64,000 nt of DNA from Octopus sinensis. Lineage: Eukaryota. The stretch spans positions 8,122,001 through 8,186,000 of the forward strand of contig NC_043021.1 in NCBI RefSeq assembly GCF_006345805.1, given 5' to 3'. The position numbers were made by a program, and so were the translations under genes. Shown here in pieces: positions 11,054 to 24,023 of the stretch (positions are counted from its first letter, which is position 1; every line of letters starts with the position of its first letter). Below the pieces are notes generated by a model that made no database searches, was not told where the DNA came from, and was given only the letters and a program-made list of their open reading frames with translations.

Positions 11054-12515
11054 GTTAGTACTCACTTAGTTTCATTGGTTTGTTGTTGCTTCTGTTATTT
11101 TATCTGAGCCAATCTGTGGCCATCACACATTTATTTGAGCCTTTTGTGTTACCATTATTTCTATTGAAATATGCCCTCTTTACTACAATTAAGGCAACTT
11201 CATTGTAGTAACCACGTGCGACTCTCCCTTCTGGCACTAGATGTCCGCACTGCGACCGATCTTTTCAAGCAAGAATTGGTCTTATCGGTCACCTTTGGAC
11301 TCACCAGTAAATTTGTGTGAAAACCATCATCCTCGACCTTGAGGGATTGCAATCATCATCACTACAATTAATTTAGAAAATAATAAAGAATATAAAAAAA
11401 AAATAAATGCACCCTTTTAAAGCCTAGCCAGGCTCATGGGCCCGGTTTCCCAGTTTCAATGGTCTATGTGTTCCCCAGCTGGACGGGATGCCAGTCCATC
11501 GCAGCGTTACTCACTTTTGCCAGCTGAGTGGACTGGAGCAATGTTAAATGAAGTGTTTTGCTCAAGAATACAACACGTTGCCTGGTCCAGGAATTGAAAC
11601 CACAATCTTACGATCATGATGTTGACACCCTAACCACTTAGCCACGCGCCTCCACAATAAATAATATAGTAAAATATATATATATTAGCAACAGAGGCAG
11701 TATTCATACTGCAAGGTAATACCTATCCCCACTTAAATATGGATGTTCTGTTAGCACAAGCTATACTGTGGCAGATAGCACGAGAGAAACTCTCATATTG
11801 GCTTTTGGTGCACAATACACTCTTGTTTGTATTCTTCTCTTCTTGCCCTTTTCAAGCCTAGCCAGGCTCATGGGCCTGGTTACCTGGTTTCTATGGAGTA
11901 TGTGCCCCCCCCCCCCAGCTGGACGGGACACTAGTCCATCACAGCGTTACTCAAAAAACAGGAAAAAAGAATGAGAGAAAGTTGGGGCGAAAGAGTACAA
12001 CAGGGGTCACTACTACCCCCTGCTGGAGCCTCGTGGAGCTTTTAGGTGCTTTTGCTCAATAAACACACACAGTGCCCAGTCTGGGAATCGAAACCGCGAT
12101 CCTCCGACCGCTAGTCTGCTGCCCTAACCACTGGGCCATTGTGCCTCCACCTTGTTTATACTGCTGCACCAAAAACCAACATGGGTGTTTCTCTCGTGGT
12201 AACTATTGCAGTAAATTTTTTTCTAACAGAGCATCCATGTTTAACTTTTTAGCATTCAAACTGTCCATATCCAGCCCAAATATTCTGCTTGTTTCATGTT
12301 CAGCATGACCAGATCCTGTCCCTCACACTTAACCTACAATGTCATTCTGAAAATAAGCAATCACATCATCAAGATCTTGAAGCTACAAGATAATTCGTGG
12401 TTAATTCAAAACAATGTGAATAAACAAGCATTACATTTAACAGAGTAATCTGAATGTTAAAGGGTTGAACCTAATTACATTAATTATCTTCATTTACTTT
12501 TTCTCTGTTTTCCAG

Positions 12516-12605
12516 AAAGAACAGTATCAATTATTGAATAGCTTTGAACTGAAAGCTGTTAAAGAACTGCAGACCACAAACCTCAGGCCTAATGATAGAC
12601 CTCAG
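12516..12605 (+). CDS. ELP5: ELP5 exon 6 (KEQYQLLNSFELKAVKELQTTNLRPNDRPQ)
   Basis: Long pyrimidine tract plus cAG, CAG|GTTAGT donor, 90 nt, phase 0->0. Confidence 0.9.
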
Positions 12606-13860
12606 GTTAGTAATTTCTCTTCACAGGCAGCAATACATGGTATCATTAGCGATAGATAGTTCTTGGTATTCTTAATCCACTGAAATCATCATCATCATCA
12701 TCATCAGTGTCGTCATTTAACGTCCACTTTCCAAGCTGGCATGGGTTGGACGGTTTGACTGAGGACTGGCGAGCCAGATGGCTGCACCAGGCTCCAATCT
12801 GATCTGGCAGTGTTTCTACAGCTGGATGCCCTTCCTAACGCCACCCACTACATTGATTTCATGGAGAGAAGTGAGCTGATGTGCGGCACGAACATTTGAT
12901 CACTATAAACAAATCATTTCTGCAGGTCATTCAGCAAAAGCTTAATGCTCATAAGTTGTCTTCAATGGGAGAGTCCATTATCATCATAATCATCATTTTT
13001 AATGCCTGTTTTCCATGCTAGCACAGGTTAGACGGTTCAACCGTGGTCTGGCAAGCCAGGAGGCTGCACCAGGCTCCAATCTGATCTGGCAAAGTTTCTA
13101 TAGCTGGATGTCCTTCCTAACGCCAACTGCTCCGAGAGTGTAGTGGGTGCTTTTACATGCCACTGGCACAAGGGCCAGTCAGGCGGTTCTGGCAACGACC
13201 TCGCTCAGAAGGTGTTTTTTACATGCTACCTACATGAGAGCTAGTCCAGCGGCACTGGCAACAACCATGCTAGGGATAAGAAATTAATGGAAACGATTCT
13301 AAGTAAGTGCTAAAGTTGTTAGAGAAATCTTGGAAAAGAGTCTTCTACTGTAGACCAAGGCTGACCACCAGTACCTAGGTAGTGGAATTGGTTGTTGGGA
13401 TCTGTGCATAAGTCACCATACACGTGTGTGAGTGTGTCCCTGCATTTGAAATTGTGTTTAAACTGGTGTTACATTTAAATTGTATCCCTTTATGTCTCAT
13501 AACTTAGCTGTTTGACAAACAAGTAGTGATAAAATAAGCACCATACTGAAATAAGTACTGGGACAATAACAATCAATGAAACCTTTCAGGTTGGTGCCAA
13601 TGCAGTGATTTTCTCGGTGGACTCAAGATGTAACATAATTTATTTGAAATTGCATTATCTTTTCCCTATTATTCAGTATAATTCTCTTATCAGCCAAAAT
13701 TCATTTTAGTCACCAATATCAACAGTATACCTTATATAACAAACAAAATAAATATTTCGTTGTTCATTTGTACTAGGCCTTCTCTCATTTTCTTACTTTC
13801 TTCATGGAAAATAACAAATTCCCTTTTTTTTCTATCCTTTTAACCAATGGCTTATTTCAG

Positions 13861-13961
13861 GTCGATCCTACAGCTAATTTGACATTCAAACTTAACTTGT
13901 CGGACACAGAAAAAGTTGCACGTAGCCAACAAGTACTACCTCATATTCAAATACAAAACAG
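13861..13961 (+). CDS. ELP5: ELP5 exon 7 (VDPTANLTFKLNLSDTEKVARSQQVLPHIQIQNR)
   Basis: tttcAG acceptor, AG|GTAAGA donor; hallmark DPxxNLTFxLxLSxxExxAR...LP motif. Confidence 0.97.
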
Positions 13962-13997
13962 GTAAGAGACAAAAGTTGTTTGTGTGTCTGATGCATA

Positions 13998-14039
<42 letters not shown>

Positions 14040-14785
14040 CCAATTCTGGTAGGCTTAATTCGCAAGAAAAAAAATATGTTTAGCAAAACTGCTATCACTG
14101 ATGGACAATTTTTGTCTGCTGTTGATAGATTTCTATGTTTTTTAACACTATACATCTGTAAGAGATGCTGTCTTGAGATAAATACCGCAGTTTATAAAGC
14201 TTTTAATGATATATATATACTTTAAGTATGATACACAGATTGCTATTTTGAACTAATACTGCTCCTGTCCCTCATAATGTGTATGTATGTATGTGTGTGT
14301 GTATATGTATACATACATATATATGGCGGCGAGCTGGCAGAAATGTTAGCACGCCGGGCGAAATGCGTTGCCGTATTTCGTCTGCCGTTATGTTCTGAGT
14401 TCAAATTCCGCCGAGGTCGACTTTGCCTTTCATCCTTTCGGGGTCGATTAAATAAGTACCAGTTACGCACTGGGGTTGATATAATCGACTTAATCTGTTT
14501 GTCTGTCCTCTCTGTGGGTAATAAAGAAATAATATGTATACATACATGCACACCAGCATCACCTAGGGATTAACTTGGCAACAAATTCTCTGTATTAGAG
14601 AATCAAATATTTTTCAGTTACTTCTACACCTCAGAAACCAGGGTAAGGTCTGGCATAGTGAGCTTGTAGGCTCAAGAGAAACTGGGGTTGGTTTATTTGA
14701 CCGTACCCTCTCTCAGTATATGATGCTTTGTGTTAAATTTGAACTCTCTTTATTGTGACTAAAGCGGAAAATATCTTTCATGCAG

Positions 14786-14897
14786 GCAACAAGAACTCCA
14801 GTCTTCTACCATGAGTGGACAAGGACAGATTTTCTATGAGCCTGACGATGCAGATGATTTTGATGATGAAGATCCCGATGATGATCTTGATATCTAA
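14786..14897 (+). CDS. ELP5: ELP5 exon 8, terminal (QQELQSSTMSGQGQIFYEPDDADDFDDEDPDDDLDI*)
   Basis: Diagnostic ELP5 C-terminus IFYEPD...DEDPDDDLDI; TAA at 14895-14897; candidate poly(A) signal ATTAAA at 15007-15012. Confidence 0.97.
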
Positions 14898-17357
14898 ATC
14901 AAGTTTCTCACCGACAACCGAATGGCACAACTGTGACACAGTGATGTAAGGGCTGGTTCTGATACATAACTAATGCAACATATTGCTGTATTTGAATTTT
15001 ATATTCATTAAAAAAAGAGAGAAAAAATAACCCTAATCTTTCAAGTTACAACATTCTGTATTTTGTATTCTATATTCATTATCTTCATTTTAAAGGTGGT
15101 GCTCCAGCATGGCCACAGTCAAATTACTGAAACAAGTAAAAGAATAAAAGAGATATCTGATTTTCCATGCTTGCATAGGTTGGATGGAATTTGTTGAGGC
15201 AGATTTTTTACAGCAGGATGCATTTCCTGTTGCCAACCCTCACTTATTTCCAAGTAAGGTAATATTTCCTCTAAGGCCAGACATGTTTTTACGGAAGATT
15301 GGAAATAAACAAATTCACTTGTTTGATGGCGGTGCTTATTTGCAATCATCATGTGATACATAGACATGGATACACACACAAACATAACATGCAAGTACAC
15401 ACATATATATGACAAGCTTCTTTCAGTTCGTGTCTACCAAATCCATTCACAAGGCTTTGGTTGGTCTATGGCTATAGCAGAAGACACTTACCATAGTAGA
15501 AGACTAAACTCAAGACCATCATCATCATCATCGTTTAACGTCCGCTTTCCATGCTAGCATGGGTTGGACGATTTGACTGAGGTCTGGCAAACCAGATGGC
15601 TGCACCAGACTCCAATCTGATCTGGCAGAGTTTCTACAGCTGGATGCCCTTCCACGGTCAGGAAGTAAGTGATGATGATACACTACTTTTGTTTCAAACA
15701 GGCTTTAAAATAATGAAGGATTTATCTTTTCTTTTACCTGTTTCATTCATTAGATTGCGGTACCACCTTGAAGAATTTTTGGTTGAATCAATCAACCCCA
15801 GAATTTTTTTTTTTTTTAAATTAAGTTGGGTACTTATTCTGTTGATCTCTTTTGCTGAACTACTAAGTTACAGGAATGTAAACATACCAACACCAATTGT
15901 CAAGTGGTGGTAAGGAGGACAGACACAGATACATATATCTCTATCTCTCTCTCTCTATATATATATAAAGAGAGAGAGAGACTACACACACACATACACA
16001 TATATATATGCTGGACTCTCCCATTGAAGACGACCGATGAGTGTTTAGCTTTTGTCGAACGACCTGTACAAATGATTTCTTTAAAGTCATCAAATGTATG
16101 TGCCACACATTAGCTCACTTCTCCCCATCAAATCGATGTAGTCTAAACAATTGTATTGTGTACCATGCGTCGGGTGTCAAAGTGATTGCAGAGGAATGTG
16201 AGACGAAGCATTTTGCTCAAGAACAAAATGCACCACCTGGTCTAGGAATTGAAATCATGATCTAGTGATCATAAGTGCAACACCCTAACCACTAAGCCAT
16301 CACACACACATATATATATATATATATATGATGGGCTTCTTTTAGTTTCTGCCTACCGTATCCACTCAGAAACCTTTGGTTGACCTGAGGCTATAGTAGA
16401 AGACACTTCCATCAAAATTTCATGTTAATTTGTTCTAAACACCGGCTTAATGTCAAAGTTATTCCCAGGTGTAGCTGTGATAAGAAGCTTGCTTCCCAAC
16501 CACATGGACTCAAGGTCAGTCCCACTGTGTGGCACCTTGGGCACAAGTGTTTTCTACTATAGCCTCAGGCCAATCAAAGCCGTAAGTGGTTTTGGTAAAT
16601 GGATATATAATATAATATAAAAGGGTAAAGACCCCCTTTGGTCATGACTGACCATGGGATTGCACCTAGAAAGTTCCCCTCCGAGGCCCAAGTCCGGGCA
16701 AGGTTGTTTATGGAAGACCAGCAGTCGCACATCTATACCAGCCTCCCCTGTCCATGCCACCGATGGAAAAGGAAAACACCCAAGCTCCACGCGGCTCCGG
16801 CAGACGGTAATGGCGAACTTCTGCTGACTCTTTCGCCACAACTTTCTCTCACTCTTTCCTCCTGCCACCTTGCAGCTCACCTGCGACGGACCGGCGTCCC
16901 ATCCAGGTGGGGAACCTATACGCCAAGGAAACCGACCCTTATGAGCCAGGCGTGGCTTGAAAAAGAACAAACATATACACAATCACACACACCCATACAT
17001 AAGTTCATGTACATACACATTTTCTTACATATAAATATTTTTGACACAAGGAAAAATATAAAAAAGTTAAATAAATAAAACAAGACACTATTTTGTCATG
17101 GGAGAAGAAAGAAATGTAGATATCTGCATACAATTTTAATAAAAAAAAAAGAACAAAAATAATAAAAACCTATATATATATATATATATATGGCGAAAGT
17201 AAAGAATACGTACACTTGTGTTTAGGGTTTTTGTTACGCCGAAAATGGGTGGTGTATGTATTCTTTACCTCCGCCATATATCTATACAGACAACTATATA
17301 ATTATATGATCTATATACATATACAATATAACGTAAAAATACACATATTATATATGA

Positions 17358-17663
17358 AAGCGCATGACTCAGTGGTTAGAGCGTGGTTAGTTCGATTCCC
17401 GGACCAGGCTGTGTTCTTGAGCAACACATTTTATTTCACATTGTTCGAGTTTACTCATCTGTAGAATAGAGTTGCGATGTCGCCTAGTGCCAAGCTGTAT
17501 CGGTTTTTGCCTTTCGTTTGGGTAACATCAATGGCGTGGAGACGGGAGGCTGGTATGCATGAGCGACTGCTGGTCTTTCATAAACAACCTTGCCCGGACT
17601 TGTGCCTCGAAGGGGAACTTTCTAGGTGCAATCCCATGGTCATTCACGACTGAAGGGGATCTT
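17358..17663 (+). mobile_element. tRNA-derived SINE family E with RTE-like tail
   Basis: Nearly full-length match to 37970-38300; tail also at 16625-16750 on the minus strand. Confidence 0.72.
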
Positions 17664-18936
17664 GATATGCAAATACATATAAACTTTAAAAACTCCCAAT
17701 CGTGGTTTATTCGCAAAGTCAAAGTAACGAAAACTAAAGAAAAAGTGTTGCTTTACACTGAAATAAAAGGATGAATAAGTAATTAGTATTTTGTAATTAA
17801 AATTAGTTTTAGTTTCTTTTCAGCGTCACATACGTCTTGCGTGGGAATGGAGACCTGGGTCTTTTTAACTTTCCTACAAGTGTTACTTTTACAAATTTGC
17901 TAATATCTTCTTTAATCTCAATTAAAGTTCCTGCCCTCAAAGAATGCCAAACGTAGGGGATTTTATTATCGGGATATAAATCGACTTCCTTGCTTGGTTA
18001 GTACTTTATTTTATCGACCTCACCACCTGAATAGGATGAAAGGCAAAGAAGTTGACCTCAGCGGGATTTGAACTCAGAATACAGCCAGGCCTTTTCCTGA
18101 TTCTCTAATGATTCTATTGCCTCTTTAACTCTTCTTCCTCCAACTATCTTCAAAATACATTTTCCCGAGATACGTTTTCGAGGGTGCAGATTACGATTAT
18201 CGTGATAAAATATGAAATAATAATCGGAATGTACACCATCGAAAACGTATTTCTGGAAACTTTCAGTAGGAAATGCATTTAAGGAAGTCTGGTGGGAGAA
18301 TGATCCTAAAAAAAAAAACAAACCTTTTTTAATATTTGCTACACTAAAATGTATCTTAGGAAAATTTCACGGCAAGACTTGTGTCCAAGATATGTATTTT
18401 TCAGAAACACTTCTGAAAAGTTATTCTGTCTACCTTTGTAGAGAAACAAAACTACATTCCCCGCCTTAAAATATCTATCACACACACTATCATTGGCTGG
18501 AGAGGCAGAATTAAAGTAAAGTTATCTCGTAATAGGAAATTTGTTAAAATACCACAAAGAATAATACTAAATAAAGAAATGTTGGGGGACATTGTGACAT
18601 TTATGCGTTTGCCAGGAATATCACTGATGTTAAAGGGAAGTGAAAATGTTTTGAATTGGATATCAAAACAGGTAGCCTGAAGCTTATCTTTCGCTTTATG
18701 GCAACTTTCCTCACAAAAAGTGGAAAGAAAAAAAAAATAGTGTCCCACATTCGACTTCTCACATGAAAAATGTCAAATAAATCAGTGATATTTCAGAATG
18801 TCAAAGTAGAAATATAAATTTAACCCTTTCAATTCATAATGTCAAAACAATCTACATATTTCTGAAAGACAGAAATGAAAATTAAGGCAAAATTTCCAAA
18901 TAATGAAGACAGTTGTAAATTTAAACTTTGAAGTGA

Positions 18937-20433
18937 GAAATGGTTACGAATTTACTGGTTTGTGATGGAATTAAAGAGACATTCAAACGGATAAAAGTTG
19001 GTGCCATTTTATATAAAAATCTCTTCTCCACCAAATAAATTAAAAGAAGGGATGTCAGGAACTTCTGCAAGAAGAGAATCCTCAGAAAGTACCTGGTTCT
19101 TTGAAATGGTTACAAATTTACTGGTTTGTGATGGAATTAAAGAGACATTCAAACGGATAAGAGTTGGGGCCATTTTATATAAAAATCTCTTCTCCACCAA
19201 ATAAATTAAAAGAAGGGATGTCAGGAACTTCTGCAAGAAGAGAATCCTCAGAAAGTTCCTGGTTCTTTGAAATGGTTACGAATTTACTGGTTTGTGATGG
19301 AATTAAAGAGACATTCAAACGGATAAGAGTTGGTGTCATTTTATATAAAAATCTCTTCTCCACCAAATAAATTAAAAGAAGGGATGTCAGGAACTTCTGC
19401 AAGAAGAGAATCCTCAGAAAGTTCCTAGTTCTTTGAAATGGTTACAAATTTACTGGTTTGTGATGGAATTAAAGAGACATTCAAACGGATAAAAGTTGGT
19501 GCCATTTTATATAAAAATCTCTTCTCCACCAAATAAATTAAAAGAAGGGATGTCAGGAACTTCTGCAAGAAGAGAATCCTCAGAAAGTACCTGGTTCTTT
19601 GAAATGGTTACAAATTTCTGGTTTGTGATGGAATTAAAGAGACATTCAAACGGATAAGAGTTGGGGCCATTTTATATAAAAATCTCTTCCCCACCAAATA
19701 AATTAAAAGAAGGGATGTCAGGAACTTCTGCAAGAAGAGAATCCTCAGAAAGTTCCTAGTTCTTTGAAATGGTTACGAATTTACTGGTTTGTGATGGAAT
19801 TAAAGGGACATTCAAACGGATAAGAGTTGGTGCCATTTTATATAAAAATCTCTTCTCCACCAAATAAATTAAAAGAAGGGATGTCAGGAACTTCTGCAAG
19901 TAGAGAATCCTCAGAAAGTTCCTGATTCTTTGAAATGGTTACGAATTTACTGGTTTATGATGGAATTAAAGGGACATTCAAACGGATAAGAGTTGGTGCC
20001 ATTTTATATAAAAATCTCTTCTCCGCCAAATAAATTAAAAGAAGGAATGTCAGGAACTTCTGCAAGAAGAGAATCCTCAGAAAGTTCCCGGTTCTTTGAA
20101 ATGGTTACGAATTTACTGGTTTGTGATGGAATTAAAGAGACATTCAAACAGATAAAAGAGTTGGTGCCATTTTATATAAAAATCTCTTCCCCACCAAATA
20201 AATTAAAAGAAGGGATGTCAGGAACTTCTGCAAGAAGAGAATCCTCAGAAAGTTCCCGGTTCTTTGAAATGGTTACGAATTTACTGGTTTGTGATGGAAT
20301 TAAAGAGACATTCAAACAGATAAAAGAGTTGGTGCCATTTTATATAAAAATCTCTTCCCCACCAAATAAATTAAAAGAAGGGATGTCATGAACTTCTGCA
20401 AGAAGAGAATCCTCAGAAAGTTCCTGGTTCTTT
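18937..20433. repeat. Tandem array of nine near-identical units (166,166,166,166,165,166,166,168,168 bp)
   Basis: GAAATGGTTAC starts at 18937, 19103, 19269, 19435, 19601, 19766, 19932, 20098, 20266; each unit contains the orphan ORF's last ~30 codons, stop and 3'UTR. Confidence 0.97.
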
Positions 20434-20795
20434 GCTGCTGCACACCGTCTTTGGTGAACTTTCTGTCTGTTTGAAGCCTGAACTTGTAAAGTAGTTTTCG
20501 ATGACTGTACAGGAGTTCCTGGAACTTGTTGATCGGATGTGGATGATTCTAGGGAGACGACTGTAGCTTCGCTTTTATTCTTCTCCTGAGATGGAGTTTG
20601 TGAGTTTGGCGCCAAAATTTCCGGGCTTTGAACAGGTGTCCTAATATTCCCGTAAGAAGTGCTTGTTTCTGGCGACCTCCAAGGATCGATATTTGAACTT
20701 CTTGATTGCGGAACAACGGCTGAAGGAGAATTACAATTGTTCTGAGTCACTAAAAGAGGTGTACTGGGAACATTTTGTAACGGAGACTTCGACAT
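20340..20795 (-). CDS. Unrecognised 151-aa Ser/Thr/Pro/Gln-rich, probably disordered protein with an acidic-hydrophobic C-terminus
   Basis: Non-repeat sequence richer in CpG than its surroundings; in-frame TGA 21 nt upstream of the ATG; clean 67-nt GT-AG intron in the 5'UTR; no homology recognised. Confidence 0.6.
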   Translation of the reverse strand: MSKSPLQNVPSTPLLVTQNNCNSPSAVVPQSRSSNIDPWRSPETSTSYGNIRTPVQSPEILAPNSQTPSQEKNKSEATVVSLESSTSDQQVPGTPVQSSKTTLQVQASNRQKVHQRRCAAAKNQELSEDSLLAEVHDIPSFNLFGGEEIFI

Positions 20796-20817
20796 TTCGA
20801 TGAACGAATCAAATCAG

Positions 20818-20884
20818 CTAAAAATCAATATCAAGAGATTTAAGCAGGATTTAATTATCTCGTAATAAACTTAATATAAATTAC
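20818..20884 (-). other. Putative 5'UTR intron (67 nt) of the orphan gene
   Basis: Minus strand GAG|GTAATT ... GATTTTTAG|CTG, ending 22 nt upstream of the ATG. Confidence 0.65.
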
Positions 20885-21539
20885 CTCAGCTTTGGTGTGT
20901 CAATCTTTAACGAAGTTTCTATTTTTCTTCCACTATTTCTTCATGGAAATTTAACAGGAAACATATTTAAATGTTTTATCATAATGACTTTTTTTCTTTA
21001 ATGAATTATGTCGGGATTATCTAAACGAAGGGCAACGGAAAATAACGAGTTTTAAATTACCATTAAAACATTTTAAAGTATTATTTTTTCCTGAGATTGG
21101 TGTTTACTTCGATTTCTTCTTATCAGTAAATAAAAAAAATTATTTTTCTCAAAAATTAACTCTTTCTTGGGAAAAAGAAGTATTTATTTCATAAAGCTAT
21201 TAGTGAACAATAGCGTCGTGAGATACTTAAATGTGTTTATCACTCGTTCACTGTGTTTCTAACGAACTAAATTGTTTGAAACGAGGTACTTATATGGTGA
21301 TTTAAAATTTCTGTTTATAATATATTAAAAATATATATAATGTTTTATATTTCACTAACAGGGTTAGTCTTGAGTTTATGGTAAAACATACTTATTCAAG
21401 ATGCCATGCAGTGGAAACGAACCCAGAACCTCACGAATGTGTGACCATCCTGCATTTCTGGTGATGTTCAGCGAAACCGTTATGCAGGATGAAGTGCAGT
21501 TTAGTGTTGTAAAAAAATTGGAATTAAATAGTGCCGGAA

Positions 21540-21975
21540 ATGAAGATTGCTAAATGCCATAATTGCATAGATACTTGTATAGAATCGCCATGGTAAATAG
21601 TATAAAACAAAATTGGGTATTTGGGACAGTAGAAAGAGGTCAAATGCTGCCTAACTGAGATCCTTGATCGTCCGTGCACAATGGTTATTACATTGCGTCA
21701 TTATTATAGTAATAACGCAATGGTTATTACTAGGGACGCGTATGATACCTGATAGGTAAACGTTTTAAGTTAATTTAGGCCACATACATAAGGTGTGAAG
21801 TTACGAACTATTCTTTAAAATTTGTCGATCCAATGATGAGAACATCTATACACAGACTTATTGAATGGTGGCGTATACTCGCCAAGAAGAAACTCAGATG
21901 ACAATGTGGAACGAGTAATGCTTTTATTAACGTCGTATTTGTACGAGCATATGTGGCAAATTAGGTTCAGAAAAA
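21540..21975 (+). mobile_element. Highly decayed Merlin/IS1595-like transposase remnant
   Basis: Fragments QNWVFGTVER, NYSLKFVDP...TQT, LTSYLYEHMWQ in broken frames. Confidence 0.65.
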
Positions 21976-22439
21976 ATGGAAAAGCTATATGTATGTTCTA
22001 TACATTGTTTTCATGTTATATAAATATGATGGAGATGGGGGTGTTTTGACTGCATTTTTGAATGAGACAGAATATATTTTCCGCAAATGTTCACAACTTT
22101 ACCAAAACAATATCAGCTAAGCAAATGGCCTTCCTTAAACGTATTAAAAGTATTACTCGCCATGCAGTTAAAAGAGAATAAATTATTGAAATTAGACGTT
22201 ACTCATTTTACCCCATTTTAGACGTCATTTTTTTAAATCTTGAAAATGATCAAATTAGACTTAGTGTGAGAAAAAAATTGAGTTGGAATCCAACAGAGTA
22301 AAGAATATCAATTGTTAAACATCAAAATAATCTAGATATTTTATTAAAATCCTCAATTATAATTGGGTCAAAATTGAGGAAAAACTTCTTGGAAAAAGGG
22401 GGCCTACCACCTCTCAACTTCAACAACTATGCTAACCAG

Positions 22440-22700
22440 TTTTTACTCCTAAAGATGATGCTTTTCAACCTCGCTCGCCTCAAAAGTACGTCAAAGACAA
22501 TGGTGCGAAGCTTGCTAGAGTTCCAATATGCCGACGACAACAGTGTAGCAGCTCACAGACTGGATCACCTCCAACAGATCCTAAATGCTTTTCATCATGC
22601 ATATACTAAACTTGGACTGAGCATCAACATCAAGAAGACTCACTTACTCTACCAACCTCCCCCCAATGCCCGTGTTGACAACCCGCCATCGATTCAACCT
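22440..22700 (+). mobile_element. RTE (BovB-like) reverse transcriptase fragment
   Basis: FNLARLK...QYADD...LGLSINIKKT. Confidence 0.88.
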
Positions 22701-23207
22701 GAAATATAATAAATATTAATAAAAATTATTCCGAGTATCACAAACTCCAACAATGATTTATTTGCAGATATCCAGGCAGTCACTAAAAAAAAAATTAATC
22801 CCAAAAAATAAATACAAAAGTATTCAAATATTTTCTCCATAGACAGACCCTACCAAGAAGAAAATGTTTTTTTTCCACCAGAATAACTGTGTGTGTGTAT
22901 ATATATAATTAAGTGAAGTAACTTCTATTAAGCAATTTAATGTTTATTTAATTTATTGATTTTTTAAATAATATTTATTATAGTATATTTAAATTTTTTT
23001 TATATAATATAATGTCTTTCACTATTGTATTGCTTAATAGAGGTTATTTCTCTTAGGTCACAGCTAGTGAGCTGAAACTAGATGAAATGAAATGAAATGA
23101 ATATATTATATATTGTGAAATTTGATTTAGAATGCTAAACTGAATTTTTCCCTTTAAGTTTGGAACTATATTTCCTACTATTATTATTATTATTATATAT
23201 ATAATAT

Positions 23208-23630
23208 ATGCAGGAGTGGCTGTGTGGTAAGTAGCTTGTTTACCAACCACATGGTTCCGGGTTCAGTCCCACTGCATGGCACCTTGGGCAAGTGTCTTCT
23301 ACTATAGTCTCGGGCCGACCAAAGCCTTGTGAGTGGATTTGGTAGATGGAAACTGAAAGAAGCCCGTCGTATATATGTACATATATGTATATGTATGTGT
23401 GTGTGTACATGTTTGTGTGTCTGTGTTTGTCCCCCCAACATCGCTTGACAACCGATGCTGGTATGTTTATGTCCCCGTAACTTAACGGTTCGGCAAAAGA
23501 GGCCGATGGAATAAGTACTGGGCTTACAAAGAATAAGTCCTGGGGTCGATTTGCTTGACTAAAAGGCGGTGCTCCAGCATGGCCGCAGTCAAATGACTGA
23601 AACAAGTAAAAGAGTAAAAGAGTAAAGAGT
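23208..23630 (+). mobile_element. tRNA-derived CORE-like SINE family A (resembles octopus OR-type SINEs), with internal (TA/TG)n
   Basis: GCAGGAGTGGCTGTGTGGTAAG head, GGTTCAGTCCC, GGCACCTTGGGCAAGTG core, GAAACAAGTAAAAGAG tail; copies near 28070, 32065, 33314, 36938, 41250, 50413, 53501, 53893, 54955, 58130, 60130. Confidence 0.88.
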
Positions 23631-24023
23631 ATGTAGTGTGTGTGTTTATTTGGCAAAAAGAAAAAAAGTGAACCTCTTGAAATATAACAATATATTTGCA
23701 TTTATTTTTCTGTATATTTAGCTTCCATTAAAATTAAATTAATTAACGATCAATTATTTTAATCTAATTTTCCCATGGTAACTATGTTGGTATATAATAA
23801 TTGTTTTGAAGCTTTATATATGAAAGAATGCTAAAGAGGACATTATGTATTGTATGTGCAAGAACACACAAAGAACATTGTGTGTTGTGACACATTTTCC
23901 AGTGACATAGTTGGCACAACATATATGGAACATAACGGAACAGTGTGCTTAATGCAGCTTCAAAGGAAAGTGTCCTTATTGTGTCATCAAAGGATCATGT
24001 GCTTATTGTGTTTTCAAATTATA

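Noticed and set aside
19993-20391. 132-aa plus-strand ORF in the array
   Set aside because: Non-ATG start, antisense to the orphan gene, and open only because two units are 168 bp.
18937-20433. CRISPR-like array
   Set aside because: Units are wholly repeated with no unique spacers, there are no cas genes, and the context is eukaryotic.
20340-20440. Orphan C-terminus as a sororin domain (AExxxxxxFxL spacing)
   Set aside because: Lacks the first conserved Phe and contains Pro in the expected helix; resemblance too weak.
23208-23285. tRNA genes at SINE heads
   Set aside because: A/B-box-like motifs run into SINE bodies and no complete cloverleaf was seen; same for other copies.
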